Below, one piece after another: positions 19,373 to 29,746 of a stretch of 64,000 nucleotides of DNA. The DNA lies in the NCBI GenBank assembly GCA_044221725.1, contig JBGAON010000004.1:128001-192000 (forward strand). Direction: 5' to 3'. The position numbers and the translations under genes are program-made. This DNA is from Elusimicrobiota bacterium (lineage in GTDB: Bacteria; Elusimicrobiota; Elusimicrobia; F11). The stretch's first letter is position 1, and each line of letters begins with the position of its first letter. The notes under the pieces were generated by a model. That model ran no database searches. It worked only from the letters and a program-made list of their open reading frames with translations, and was not told where the DNA came from.

Positions 19373-20980
19373 ATGAACAACGAAATGAAACCAAGTGAAC
19401 GGGTGGCGCTGCGTGTCTTGCTCGGCGTTTTCCTGCTGCTGCTTTTCGTTGAATTGCCCGGTTCGCATTTGTTCGACCCCGACGAAGCGCGTTACGCCGA
19501 AATCCCACGCGAGATGCTCGCTTCCGGAAATTTCTTAAAGATGGAACTGAATGGTAGCGATTATTTGGAGAAGCCGCCGCTGTTGTATTGGGCGAACGCG
19601 CTTTCGATGAAGGCGCTCGGCGAAACGCCCTTCGCCGCGCGGTTGCCGGTTCGGTTGGCGTGCACGGGAACGGTTCTTCTACTGATTTGCGCGGAGGGTC
19701 TGTGGCCAGCGCTTCTGTACATTTCGTGTTTGTTGCCATTTGCGCTAGGGCGCATCAATATCATCGATGGGCTCGTCAGCTTCTTTATCACCGCGGCGTT
19801 TTTTTCATTGCGCTCGTTATTGCGGGCCGAATCTTTGCAAAAGACGCGGCGCCAAGCGCTACTTCTCGGAACATCGGTTGCGTTCGGTGTGCTCGCGAAA
19901 GGACTTATTGCAATCGTTCTGCCAGGTTTGGTTTTTGCTGCGTGGGTAGCGATCACGAAACAATGGAGTGCTTTGCGTAAGGTGCTGGTTGGCTGGGCGC
20001 CGATTATTTTCTTTGCTTTGGTCGTCCCCGTGGTTCTGTTATTGGAAACGAACAATCCGGGTTTTTTTCACTTCTTTGTTGTGCGTGAACATTTTCAACG
20101 CTACTTGTCTGACATTCACGAGCGTACGCAACCGTGGTGGTTCTTTGTGCCGGTCGTGATGCTCGGACTGCTTCCGTGGCCCATGCTGATCATCGCGAAC
20201 ATTCGTTCGGCGTTTCGAAAGGGATGGCGCGACCTGCGCACGCAATCCGATTTGTTGTTTCTCGGTTTGTGGGCGGTCGTGCCGTTTTGTTTCTTTTCGT
20301 TGTCGCATTCGAAGCTGATCCCGTACATTTTGCCGATCTTTGTGCCGCTTTCCATTCTCATGGCGCGGCCGATTCTTTCGGCGGATTCCCTTTCAAACGC
20401 GGCGTGGAAATATCAGGCGATCTTCTTTTCGTTGATAGGAATTGGCGGCTTTTTCGCGGCGCGGCACGCCTCCGCCGTCGTGCGCCTCGACCTGTTCGGG
20501 CCCGTGGCTATGCTCAGTGGAATCTTTGTCGCGGCCGGATGGGTTGGGTACATGATGGCGCGGCGTTCCACCGTGCAAGCGTGCCTAACTCAAACGGCGT
20601 TGTGGAGCGTTTCGGTCGGTGTTTTGGTCGGTGTCGTTCCGAAGCTCGCGCACGATTATTCCGACCACGCTTTGGCCGTCGCCGCGAAAGAAGCGGGCAC
20701 CCCACGCATTTTTATGGTCCGAGATTATTCACAAAATTTTCCGTGGGTTCTGCAACGACCGGTACCGGTTGTTGGATTCAAAGGAGAATTGGCATCCAAT
20801 GGCGAGCTTGATCCAAAGCTATTTTGGAGCGAATCTGATTTCTGGAGATTGTGGCAAGGGCCGGAGAAAGTGGTGGTAGTAACACGCGGCCGAGATATTT
20901 CCGAATTTGCAACGCCGACGGGTTTGCCCGTGCGGTTGGCATCAAATCGGCGTCGGACCGTGCTACTCAATCACAATTAA
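19373..20980 (+). CDS. ArnT/GT39 family lipid-carrier-dependent glycosyltransferase
   Basis: DEARYAEIPREML, EKPPLLYW, ARLP, LAKG, SKLIPYILP. Confidence 0.9.
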   Translation: MNNEMKPSERVALRVLLGVFLLLLFVELPGSHLFDPDEARYAEIPREMLASGNFLKMELNGSDYLEKPPLLYWANALSMKALGETPFAARLPVRLACTGTVLLLICAEGLWPALLYISCLLPFALGRINIIDGLVSFFITAAFFSLRSLLRAESLQKTRRQALLLGTSVAFGVLAKGLIAIVLPGLVFAAWVAITKQWSALRKVLVGWAPIIFFALVVPVVLLLETNNPGFFHFFVVREHFQRYLSDIHERTQPWWFFVPVVMLGLLPWPMLIIANIRSAFRKGWRDLRTQSDLLFLGLWAVVPFCFFSLSHSKLIPYILPIFVPLSILMARPILSADSLSNAAWKYQAIFFSLIGIGGFFAARHASAVVRLDLFGPVAMLSGIFVAAGWVGYMMARRSTVQACLTQTALWSVSVGVLVGVVPKLAHDYSDHALAVAAKEAGTPRIFMVRDYSQNFPWVLQRPVPVVGFKGELASNGELDPKLFWSESDFWRLWQGPEKVVVVTRGRDISEFATPTGLPVRLASNRRRTVLLNHN

Positions 20981-21043
20981 CAAGAATTCGGTCCGAAAAT
21001 ATGAAAGGATTGCCCCTCAATTTCTAGAAGGAGACTTATCATC

Positions 21044-21202
21044 ATGGATCGAGGACGCGACAAACAAAAAGCCGGACAAAAAAGCACGAAAGGAAACCGC
21101 TACACGCGCGAAGAACGCCACCGTCTTGGAATATCGGCCACGGCCCGCGCCGCAGCCCGCCGCACCGCCAAGCTCGCCGCGAAGCAAAGAAAGCCCGCTT
21201 AA
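21044..21202 (+). CDS. Small basic protein, 52 aa (below ORF-track cutoff)
   Basis: GAAGGAG RBS; MDRGRDKQKAGQKSTKGNRYTREERHRLGISATARAAARRTAKLAAKQRKPA fills the intergenic gap. Confidence 0.55.
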   Translation: MDRGRDKQKAGQKSTKGNRYTREERHRLGISATARAAARRTAKLAAKQRKPA

Positions 21203-21206
21203 TTTC

Positions 21207-21896
21207 TTAGCGACGCTTTCCGGTCAGACGAATCAACATGAGAAACATGTTGATGAAGTCGAGGTACAGCGTCAGCGCGCCCATAATCGCCGCTTTGGTG
21301 GCGGTTTCTTCGTCCATGCCGACCATCGTCATTGCTTTGATTTTCTGCGTGTCGTAAGCGGTAAGCCCCACAAAAACGAACAATCCGACGTACGTCGTGA
21401 TCCACATCAGCGCGCTGCTGTTCAGAAAAATGTTCACAACCGATGCGAGAATAATTCCAATGAGCAACATGAAACAGATGTTGCCGATGCTCGTCAGGTC
21501 GCGTTTCGTCACGTAGCCGTAGAAGCTCATGGCCGCGAACGTGGCGGCGGTCAGAAAGAACGTGGAAGCGATGGACCCGTTCGTGTAGATCATGAAGATC
21601 ACCGACAACGTGGCGCCGTTAAACGCAGAATATATAAGGAAGGCCATGGTGGCGGCGCCGGCCGTCATGTTTCTTACCCAGCCGCTCAAGCCAATGACGA
21701 GCGCAAACTCTCCGAGAATCAGTCCGTAAAACAAAATGCGGTTGGACAATAAAAAGCCGAGAAACGTGGGGTTGGTTCCAATGGTGCCTGCGACCCAGCC
21801 GGTGAGCGCGAGGCCCAGCGACATCCAGCCGTAAACTTTCGTTATGAAGCTGCGCGTTTCGACGACGTCGGTCGGCAGCGATAGATTTGATTCCAT
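21207..21896 (-). CDS. Bax inhibitor-1/YccA family membrane protein
   Basis: KVYGWM, TKRDL, AYDTQKIK, ALTLYLDFINMFL. Confidence 0.95.
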   Translation of the reverse strand: MESNLSLPTDVVETRSFITKVYGWMSLGLALTGWVAGTIGTNPTFLGFLLSNRILFYGLILGEFALVIGLSGWVRNMTAGAATMAFLIYSAFNGATLSVIFMIYTNGSIASTFFLTAATFAAMSFYGYVTKRDLTSIGNICFMLLIGIILASVVNIFLNSSALMWITTYVGLFVFVGLTAYDTQKIKAMTMVGMDEETATKAAIMGALTLYLDFINMFLMLIRLTGKRR

Positions 21897-21946
21897 GGTT
21901 CTTCCTCCTTCGGGAACAAAGAAGCTATAACATACTTAATTATTTC

Positions 21947-22756
21947 ATGAGAAAATCAACGACGAAGACCCCGACATTATTCGTTTCCCACGGATCTCCG
22001 ATGATCGCTATCGAAGAGGATGCGTTTACGGCGGCGCTTGGCGCGTGGGCAAAACAAATATCCAAACCTTCCGCGCTGGTTGTGATGTCCGCGCACTGGG
22101 AAGCCGCGGGCCCGTTGCGCGTGAACACCGGGGCGGCGCCCGGAATGATCCACGATTTTGGTGGATTCCCTGATGCGTTGTACGAGATTAATTACCCGGC
22201 CCCTGGTAACCCGGAGCTGGCCCAAAGAATTGTTCGGATGTTGTCTGATGAAAAAATTCCGGTTGTGACCGAACCCAAGCGTGGATTTGACCACGGGGTA
22301 TGGACGCCGCTCCGGCGCGTTTTTCCCGATGCCAGTATTCCGCTCGTGCAGATCAGTTTGCCAATGCCTCGTAGGCCCCGTGAAATCCTTCGGATGGGGA
22401 AAGCTCTCGCGCCACTTCGCGATGAGGGGGGCATGCTCATTGGAACCGGCGGCGTCGTTCACAACTTGAGGTTAATTCGGATGGGCGCCAAAGATGCGCC
22501 GGTGGACCCGTGGGCCAAAAAGTTTGACGAGTGGGTCAAAGAACACTTGGAAACCAACGATGTGGAAACGCTTGCGAATTATCAGCGGCTTGGTCCGCAC
22601 GCGGATCTCGCGGCGCCCACCCCGGAGCATTTCGATCCACTGTTTTTTCCGCTCGGAGCGGCGGCGGGCGAGCCAATAACATTCGTTTACGAAGGTTTTC
22701 ATTACGGCAACCTTTCCATGCGAACCTTTGCGCTCGGCGAAGCTGCCCTTCCCTAA
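21947..22756 (+). CDS. DODA-type extradiol dioxygenase (LigB/YgiD family)
   Basis: FVSHGSP, SAHWE, HDFGGFP, DHGVW, VHNL, PTPEHF. Confidence 0.9.
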   Translation: MRKSTTKTPTLFVSHGSPMIAIEEDAFTAALGAWAKQISKPSALVVMSAHWEAAGPLRVNTGAAPGMIHDFGGFPDALYEINYPAPGNPELAQRIVRMLSDEKIPVVTEPKRGFDHGVWTPLRRVFPDASIPLVQISLPMPRRPREILRMGKALAPLRDEGGMLIGTGGVVHNLRLIRMGAKDAPVDPWAKKFDEWVKEHLETNDVETLANYQRLGPHADLAAPTPEHFDPLFFPLGAAAGEPITFVYEGFHYGNLSMRTFALGEAALP

Positions 22757-22769
22757 ATTTTAATCATCC

Positions 22770-22794
22770 CCAACTTCTTCGTTCACCATTCGTA
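22770..22794 (+). promoter_or_regulatory. ECF-type promoter
   Basis: CCAAC-N16-CGTA upstream of DUF4142 gene. Confidence 0.55.
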
Positions 22795-22828
22795 GATATT
22801 ACGCCAACTATCCCAGGGAGGAATATCT

Positions 22829-23353
22829 ATGAGGTTTCAAAGTTCAATGCTTGTTGTTGCCGTGATGGCCATGCCGATTTGGGCCGCCACGGATTCGGAT
22901 GCCGCACGAAAAATGGAGTCGCAAGTGCTCAACGATCTTCATCGATCAAACCAGATGGAGATGGCCATGGGCCAAATGGCAAAGGACCAAGGTTACACGC
23001 AGCGCGTCCGGCAGTACGGTGAACAATTGATCAACGATCACGAGGAAGCCGATAAGCGGACTCAGGATGTTGCGAATCAACAGAACATCACGCTCGCCGA
23101 AACGAACCAAGGTCACCCCGCCAACACGCACAAACTCAGCTCGTTGAAAGGCATCGAGTTTGACCGCGCGTTCGCGAAAGCGATGCTTGAAGACCACAAC
23201 AAAGATGTGAAAAAACTCGAAGACGCTCAAAAGAAGCTCACCGATTCACCGGTCAAAGATCTGGTTGATCAAGTGTTGCCCGTGTTGCGCGACCATCAAC
23301 GGACGGCCAACGACCTCACACTCGAGCTAAAAAAGAACAGCAACCCCAGCTAA
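22829..23353 (+). CDS. DUF4142 secreted protein
   Basis: GGAGG RBS, signal peptide, E...G..A, DH, FDRAF...MLEDH. Confidence 0.85.
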   Translation: MRFQSSMLVVAVMAMPIWAATDSDAARKMESQVLNDLHRSNQMEMAMGQMAKDQGYTQRVRQYGEQLINDHEEADKRTQDVANQQNITLAETNQGHPANTHKLSSLKGIEFDRAFAKAMLEDHNKDVKKLEDAQKKLTDSPVKDLVDQVLPVLRDHQRTANDLTLELKKNSNPS

Positions 23354-23408
23354 AAGTATCTCATCGCTCTTTTTTGGAGGGGAGGCGACGCTTTAACTAC
23401 AATGAATT

Positions 23409-24746
23409 ATGGCCGAGTCGCTTCCCTTCCCAAAAAAGACAAATTGGACGTTCGTTCTCCGCGCGCTTAAATACCGAAACTATCGGCTTTTCTTTAGCGG
23501 ACAAATTGTTTCGCTGATCGGCACATGGATGACGATGACGGCGAGCAGTTGGCTCGTTTACCGGCTGACCCAATCGACCTGGATGCTGGGTGTGGTCGGG
23601 TTTGCGGGTCAATTCCCTTCCTTTATTTTTGCGCCGTACGCGGGCGTTGTGGTGGACCGTTGGAACCGTCACCGGCTACTGATCCTGACGCAAGCCTGCT
23701 CGATGTTGCAGTCGTTCATGCTCGCATTTTTCACGTTGAACGGAACCGTTACGATTCCTCTGATCATTATGCTGAACGTGGTAAACGGAATCATTAACGC
23801 ATTCGATGTGCCTTGCCGTCAGGCATTTGTGGTGTCGATGATCGAGGATAAAAACGATTTGGGAAACGCCATTGCACTCAATTCGTCAATGTTTAATATG
23901 GCGCGGTTACTGGGTCCTTCTATTGCTGGACTCGTGATCGCGGCGTGGAATGAGGGATGGTGCTTTTTCATTGACGGTGCCAGTTTCTTGGCGGTCATCG
24001 GTGTTTTGTTTGCGATGCGCGTGCCACCTCACAAAGCACGGCCGGCCAATGATGCAAGCGCGTACAAGCAATTCCGGCAAGGTTTTTCTTACGCGTATGG
24101 TTTTACGCCGATCCGTTCCATCATTCTTTTGCTTGCGCTCGTCAGTTTTGTCGGCGTGCCCTATGGAATTCTTATGCCGGTCTTCGCGGCGAAGATTCTG
24201 GGAGGCGGTGCCCACACGCTTGGTTTTCTTATGACCGCCTCCGGGTGCGGCGCGCTCGTTGCGGCAATTTGGCTTGCCTCGCGCAAATCGGTGTTGGGGC
24301 TCGGCCGCGCAATTCCGATCGCAACCGCGATTTTCGGTTTTGGCCTGATTCTCTTTTCGTTGTCGCGCACATTGTGGATCTCGCTTGCGCTGCTCTTTGT
24401 CACGGGCTTTGGTTTCATGGTGCAAATGGCGTCCAGCAACACGATTCTTCAAACGATTGTGGATGACGACAAACGCGGCCGCGTTATGAGCCTGTTTCTG
24501 ATGGCGCTGCTCGGCACATCACCGTTTGGAAGTTTGTTTGCGGGTAGCCTTGCGGCGCGGCTCGGAGCTCCGCACACGTTGTTTATCGGCGGTGTGTGTT
24601 GCCTTGTGGGCGCCGCTTGGTTTGCTTCGCATTTACCGCAAATCCGGGAAGCGGTGCGGCCCATTTACCGTCGCATGGGAATCCTTCCACAGATTACGAC
24701 CGGCCTCAAGAATGCGGCCGCGTTAACGATTCCGGAGCGGGACTAA
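23409..24746 (+). CDS. MFS transporter (MFS_3-like)
   Basis: RNYRLFF.GQ.VS.IGTWM; NAIALNS..FN.AR; RGRVMS. Confidence 0.9.
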   Translation: MAESLPFPKKTNWTFVLRALKYRNYRLFFSGQIVSLIGTWMTMTASSWLVYRLTQSTWMLGVVGFAGQFPSFIFAPYAGVVVDRWNRHRLLILTQACSMLQSFMLAFFTLNGTVTIPLIIMLNVVNGIINAFDVPCRQAFVVSMIEDKNDLGNAIALNSSMFNMARLLGPSIAGLVIAAWNEGWCFFIDGASFLAVIGVLFAMRVPPHKARPANDASAYKQFRQGFSYAYGFTPIRSIILLLALVSFVGVPYGILMPVFAAKILGGGAHTLGFLMTASGCGALVAAIWLASRKSVLGLGRAIPIATAIFGFGLILFSLSRTLWISLALLFVTGFGFMVQMASSNTILQTIVDDDKRGRVMSLFLMALLGTSPFGSLFAGSLAARLGAPHTLFIGGVCCLVGAAWFASHLPQIREAVRPIYRRMGILPQITTGLKNAAALTIPERD

Positions 24747-25025
24747 TTATTTTTTGAGTCGACGCCCTGCCTCGTGGGGTGTGATGGTTCCCTCTCGCAG
24801 TTCCTTTTTCGTTTCTTCATCGAGCTCGGGATGGTCGCTGATGAACGGCTCCACGTTGCTCTGTTCGGTTTTCTGTTCGAGACGCTCTTGGTGCTCTTGA
24901 TTGGGATCGCTGCGAATGTGCGGCGTTTTAATTTGGACGCAGCTCGGTCCAAGGGTAAGCAAAATCGTCGTTCCCGCGAAGGCGGGAATCCAGACATTTC
25001 TGGGGAAATCGGGACGCGGCTTCAT
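24747..25025 (-). CDS. Small putative lipoprotein
   Basis: Hydrophobic stretch then GPSC; N-terminus overlaps palindromic repeat. Confidence 0.55.
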   Translation of the reverse strand: MKPRPDFPRNVWIPAFAGTTILLTLGPSCVQIKTPHIRSDPNQEHQERLEQKTEQSNVEPFISDHPELDEETKKELREGTITPHEAGRRLKK

Positions 25026-25057
25026 GTGTCCGGGCTCCCGCCTTCGCAGGGCTGCGA
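24966..25057. repeat. Paired REP-like element (TTCCCGCGAAGGCGGGAATCC type; dRS3/RPE-like)
   Basis: cgtcgttcccgcgaaggcgggaatccaga plus degenerate inverted mate tccgggctcccgccttcgcagggctgcg. Confidence 0.75.
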
Positions 25058-25059
25058 AC

Positions 25060-25926
25060 TTAGTTTGAGTCCCGCTTTAGGGGCATCACGCCGGCGAGTT
25101 CGCCGATCACGTTCACGAGTTCCGCGTTGGTTGGCACCACGATCTTTGCGTTGTCTTCGAGCGACGCTTGAACGGTCTCCAATTTCTTCAGCATCTGGGC
25201 GTTGCCGACAAAATATTTGTTGGCCGCTTCGTTCACCAATCGGATCGCTTCGGCTTCGCCTTCCGCTTGCAGAATGCGTGCCTGCCGAACCCCTTCCGCT
25301 TCTTTGATTGCTGCCCGCTTCTTTCCGTCGGCCGCGGTTTCCGCCGCGGTGGCAAAGTCAACAGCGGCGAGTTTTTCGTTCTCGGCTTTTACAATCTTGT
25401 TCATGGTTTCCTGCACGTCTTTGGGGGGATCAATTTCTTTGAGTTCGGCGCGAACAATATCAATACCCCAGCTCTGCGTTTCGTGCAGCAACACTTTCAA
25501 AAGCTCTTCGTTAATTTTTCCGCGTTCGCTGTTCGCGGATTTGAGCGTGAGCGTGCCGATGATGTTGCGCAGCGTGGTGCGCGCGAGGTTCACAATCTGA
25601 AGCGTTACGTTGTTCACGTTGTACTGCGAATATTTCACGCTCTGTTCATCACTTTTGATACGGAAGTATATTTGCGCGTCGACGACCGCGTTTAAGTTGT
25701 CGTTCGTGATGATTTCTTGCGGTTGTGCGCCGATCATTTGTTCGGTTACATTCACTTGATACAGACTATCCATGAACGGAACAATCCAATGAAAGCCGGG
25801 CTCCGCAAACGCGTGATATTTTCCAAGTCGCTCAATGAGTCCACGGTGGGTGGGCCGAACAATCCGCACACCCAAAACAAAGAGCACCACAACCAAAATA
25901 ATTGATCCCGAAAAAATTTCAAACAT
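25060..25926 (-). CDS. SPFH/band 7 (QmcA-like) protein
   Basis: ERLGKY, QEIITNDN, TTLRNIIG, AEGEAEAI. Confidence 0.92.
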   Translation of the reverse strand: MFEIFSGSIILVVVLFVLGVRIVRPTHRGLIERLGKYHAFAEPGFHWIVPFMDSLYQVNVTEQMIGAQPQEIITNDNLNAVVDAQIYFRIKSDEQSVKYSQYNVNNVTLQIVNLARTTLRNIIGTLTLKSANSERGKINEELLKVLLHETQSWGIDIVRAELKEIDPPKDVQETMNKIVKAENEKLAAVDFATAAETAADGKKRAAIKEAEGVRQARILQAEGEAEAIRLVNEAANKYFVGNAQMLKKLETVQASLEDNAKIVVPTNAELVNVIGELAGVMPLKRDSN

Positions 25927-25938
25927 TGTCTTTCTCCC

Positions 25939-27723
25939 CTATTTTTCGTTTGAGCCGTACAGCAATGTGCCTTCGACACTAGCAAGACTTAATGTGTCGG
26001 ATGATCCGCGGGAGTTGCGTGCACCGTTTATAGCCTGAAATATCACTTTGATGCGTTTCTGTTGCCCCTCATGCGACAACGTCATCAACGCACGAGGAAC
26101 ATTCCAGCGATCATCCTCATAGCTTTTACGAATGTTCTCAATTACCGGCAAGGTCGGGAATGTGATGGCCGGGTCGTTCTCTTTTTGGACGGTCATTTGT
26201 GAAAAATCCTTCGCAACGGTGATTTTGAAGTTTGGGAGCCCGCTGACCGCGGAACCGCTGGCAAAAAACAAATCACCACGGTTGTTGTCTTTAATCATTT
26301 GAAAATGCACGGACCAATCGTATCCCTTCACTTCTTCAATTTTCCTGAATTCCGCATTCCAATAAAATGGCGCATTTTCCGTTTCTCTTTTCCACGGATT
26401 CACGTATCTCAGTCCCAACATCTCCATAATGTCGGCACTCGACTTTTCGGTAATGGATTCCGAAAACAAAGGTTGGATTGTTTTATAGCCATGCATGCGC
26501 TGGAGATAATCCAACGCGCCGCTAATATTCTTTTCTTGTTCGAAACTCGCGCCTTTCGCTTTGGACACGGTTTTGCCGTTAAAAGCACCGACGTCTCGCA
26601 GCAACGATTCCAAACGGCTTTTCTGCCAATGCCGCGATATATTGAAGGCGCTCCACGGTCCAACCGCTGTTAAAAAACATAGCACGCAAAGCGTTGCTGG
26701 GATAATCCGAATGTTCCGGTTCCGTGTCCACGTAAACCAACTCGCAACGAACATCAGCCAGCCGGCGATAACGAAGAGAAAATAGCGGCGCTCGGTCAGC
26801 CCGTACGCATCGGTCCTTTTCCAAACCGCCCACACCAAAAGAACAATAAGGGGGAAGAGCGCGATGTAAAAATATTTTGAAAATCGCTGCACCCAACGAT
26901 GATCAGCGGAATCCTGCAACGGATGTATCAACAACAGAGAAAAAATGCCGAGAATTGCAGCACTGGAGACGAGGTAGCCAATGGTCCCTTTCGGCCAATC
27001 GCGCAAGCCAATAATTTTTCCCATGTAAAGGTACAGAATGACGAAATAAAGAGTGACGAGCGGCAGCAACACGTATTGCGTGAAAACACGAATCTCGTTC
27101 GGATAGCGCGTGTCCGTATCCAGTGTGTCGATGTCGTCGGGAACGCCAGAAAGAAAAAACCACGTGTTAAAAACGAACGAAAGGAACAGAAACAAATCGG
27201 AATAGACCTTCGCATTTATTTTTACATTCAATAGCGAGTCGATGGCCCAAAGCGCAATCGCCAAGCCGGCGCAAAGCGTACCGGTGTAAATCGCGGACAT
27301 AATAAACCGCACAAAGAGCAAGCGGTTGAATTGCCAAAAGCCTTGAGTGGTGCCGCGTCCAATAAACGGAGCGAATGCCACAAACAAATGAAAGCCCGCG
27401 TTAAATTGGCAGAAGCGGATCCAATAGAGCGTTGTATAGGAAGAGTTGTAAGACCGTTCAAACGCTAACAGGAATGCCGTGCAAAGAATAAGTCCGAGCA
27501 TGCGGATTATTCTCTTTTTGTCATCGTGCGACTCCGCCAGCATCGCGATTGAGAAAGAAAGAGGGATTCCCAGGCTCAGCGTTTGCAAATACACCATGAG
27601 CACGTCGTGCGGGGCTGGCCAGTGGTTTATCGTGATCGCAATTGCCGCGCAACCGGTGGCGATAAGTAACGTTTCGGGGAACCGCAGAAATGTTTCTTTG
27701 GCACGGTCCAAAATGAATTTCAT
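25939..27723 (-). CDS. DUF4153 membrane protein
   Basis: RFP N-term, YVLLPL..LY..ILY.Y, R...YGLTERRY, GPWSA. Confidence 0.8.
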   Translation of the reverse strand: MKFILDRAKETFLRFPETLLIATGCAAIAITINHWPAPHDVLMVYLQTLSLGIPLSFSIAMLAESHDDKKRIIRMLGLILCTAFLLAFERSYNSSYTTLYWIRFCQFNAGFHLFVAFAPFIGRGTTQGFWQFNRLLFVRFIMSAIYTGTLCAGLAIALWAIDSLLNVKINAKVYSDLFLFLSFVFNTWFFLSGVPDDIDTLDTDTRYPNEIRVFTQYVLLPLVTLYFVILYLYMGKIIGLRDWPKGTIGYLVSSAAILGIFSLLLIHPLQDSADHRWVQRFSKYFYIALFPLIVLLVWAVWKRTDAYGLTERRYFLFVIAGWLMFVASWFTWTRNRNIRIIPATLCVLCFLTAVGPWSAFNISRHWQKSRLESLLRDVGAFNGKTVSKAKGASFEQEKNISGALDYLQRMHGYKTIQPLFSESITEKSSADIMEMLGLRYVNPWKRETENAPFYWNAEFRKIEEVKGYDWSVHFQMIKDNNRGDLFFASGSAVSGLPNFKITVAKDFSQMTVQKENDPAITFPTLPVIENIRKSYEDDRWNVPRALMTLSHEGQQKRIKVIFQAINGARNSRGSSDTLSLASVEGTLLYGSNEK

Positions 27724-27842
27724 CGAGGGAAGCCGGAGCAACATGGAAAGAGTATTTAACAAAAGCACCGCTGCTTCAAGCGTTAAAAGTTTATTTATTA
27801 TGATCGGCCGATCTGAATAATTAGGAGGAACCCGCCCAAGCC

Positions 27843-28961
27843 GTGCTTCCGCCAAGCAGATCGTCAAATCGCCTTTTGTCTTTGGACGTTTTCCGTGGTC
27901 TCACTATTGTGGGCATGCTAATTGTGAACAGCCCCGGCAATGGCACCGCGTTCGCGCCGCTCGAGCACGCCGAATGGAACGGCTGGACGCCAACCGATCT
28001 CGTTTTTCCGTTCTTCCTATTCATTGTTGGTGTTTCGCTCGTGCTATCGTTTTCGAAGCGTCGCCAGGACGGTTTCGTTCAAACCGATCTCGTTGTCCAA
28101 ATCGCAAAACGCACGGGCATTATTTTCTTGTTCGGTTTGTTGCTGAATGGTTTTCCATATAACCATCTGGGGTCCATTCGCATTCCCGGCGTGTTGCAGC
28201 GTATTTCTATTTGTTACTTTTTTGCTTCGCTCGCGTATTTGTATTTTCGCCCGCGAACGTTGATTGCGCTCACGGCCGCGTTGTTAATGGGATATTGGTG
28301 GACGATGACGAACATCCCGGTGCCGGGTTTTGGTGTTGGCGTTTTAACCAAAGAAGGAAATCTCGCGGCGTACATCGACCGCTTGGTTTTTGCCGGACAT
28401 ATGTACACGCCGGAGTACGATCCCGAAGGACTTTTCAGCACTCTGCCGGCCATCGCCACAACGTTGATTGGTGTTCTAACCGGATGTTCGTTGATTCGAC
28501 CGGACACGATGGGCAAAAAAACGTTTGGAATGTTTTCGTGCGGATTGATTCTAGTGGGCGCCGGCTTGCTTACGGATTTGTTTTTCCCGATCAATAAAGC
28601 GTTGTGGACGAGTTCCTACGTGTTGTTCACGGCCGGCGCGGCGTTGATTGTGTTCGCATGTTTGTACGGTTTCATTGAGATTGAAGGTTTGCGCCGCGGA
28701 ACGATGTTTTTCGAGGTGTTTGGCGTGAACGCGCTATTTGCGTATGTGACGCCGCTCTTTCTTCTGAAAACGCTAAATCGCATCCCAATCGCGATGCCGG
28801 ACGGCTCGTCTGGAAACGCGCGTTTGTTTTTCACTCATTACGCGTTTGAGATATGGACAACGCCTATGATGGCGTCTTTATTGTTTGCGCTGTTTCACTT
28901 GTTTCTGTGGTTTTTTGTATTGCGCCTTCTGTATCAAAAACGCCTGTTCATTAAGATCTGA
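27843..28961 (+). CDS. Heparan-alpha-glucosaminide N-acetyltransferase-like (NagX) membrane acyltransferase
   Basis: RLLSLDVFRG, HAEWNG.TPTDLVFPFFLF, DPEGL, PINKALWT. Confidence 0.9.
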   Translation: MLPPSRSSNRLLSLDVFRGLTIVGMLIVNSPGNGTAFAPLEHAEWNGWTPTDLVFPFFLFIVGVSLVLSFSKRRQDGFVQTDLVVQIAKRTGIIFLFGLLLNGFPYNHLGSIRIPGVLQRISICYFFASLAYLYFRPRTLIALTAALLMGYWWTMTNIPVPGFGVGVLTKEGNLAAYIDRLVFAGHMYTPEYDPEGLFSTLPAIATTLIGVLTGCSLIRPDTMGKKTFGMFSCGLILVGAGLLTDLFFPINKALWTSSYVLFTAGAALIVFACLYGFIEIEGLRRGTMFFEVFGVNALFAYVTPLFLLKTLNRIPIAMPDGSSGNARLFFTHYAFEIWTTPMMASLLFALFHLFLWFFVLRLLYQKRLFIKI

Positions 28962-28969
28962 GCGCGGCC

Positions 28970-29746
28970 CTAGGCCGGAATAGAAAACTCAGCCCACACA
29001 ACCGTGTGGTCGGACGGCGTGTCCGCCTTGCGCGGCGCCAAATCCACTTCGATTGCCGTACACGCTTTCGCTAAGTCGGGCGTCGCAAGAATATGATCGA
29101 TGCGCCATCCTTTGTTGCGCGCGAACGATTGCGAAAAAAAATCCCAAAAGGTGTACGACACGACGTCCGGATATTTGAATCGAAACACATCGACGAAGCG
29201 GCCGTGAACCGTCTCTTGGTACGCCTGACGCGCGGCTTCATGAAAGCACGGGTGGTTTTTGTTCGGGCCCGGGTTCGCCAAGTCAATCGGCTCAGGAGCA
29301 ATATTCAAATCACCAAGCCACACGGTTGGCCGTTTGTTTTTCAAATGCGCATCGAAATACGTGCGCAGTCGCTCAAACCACTTCAATTTGTATTGGTACT
29401 TGGGCGAATCGATCTTGTAACCCTGTGGAACATAGCTGTTGATGACCTGCACGCCGCCCACAAAGGTTTGCAGCAATCGAAAATCTTCGGAATCCGGCCC
29501 GTCCTGAAAACCATAAACGATCTGATCCGGCTTTTGTTTCGTGAGCGTCGCGACACCGTTGTACGCTTTCATGCCACGAAACGCGACATGGTAGCCGAGG
29601 TCTTGTAGCGGCTGAAGCGGAAATTCTTCGTCGACAACTTTCGTTTCCTGCAGGCACATCACGTCCGGATTATTCGCTTTTATCCAGTCGATCACGATCG
29701 GCATACGTTTCCGGATAGAGTTGCAGTTGTAGGTAGCAATTTTCAT
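28970..29746 (-). CDS. xth: Exodeoxyribonuclease III
   Basis: ATYNCNS, CLQETK, GDLN, GWRIDHIL, SDH. Confidence 0.93.
   Translation of the reverse strand: MKIATYNCNSIRKRMPIVIDWIKANNPDVMCLQETKVVDEEFPLQPLQDLGYHVAFRGMKAYNGVATLTKQKPDQIVYGFQDGPDSEDFRLLQTFVGGVQVINSYVPQGYKIDSPKYQYKLKWFERLRTYFDAHLKNKRPTVWLGDLNIAPEPIDLANPGPNKNHPCFHEAARQAYQETVHGRFVDVFRFKYPDVVSYTFWDFFSQSFARNKGWRIDHILATPDLAKACTAIEVDLAPRKADTPSDHTVVWAEFSIPA

Noticed and set aside
20907..21752. 281-aa plus-strand ORF
   Set aside because: Antisense shadow of the YccA gene.
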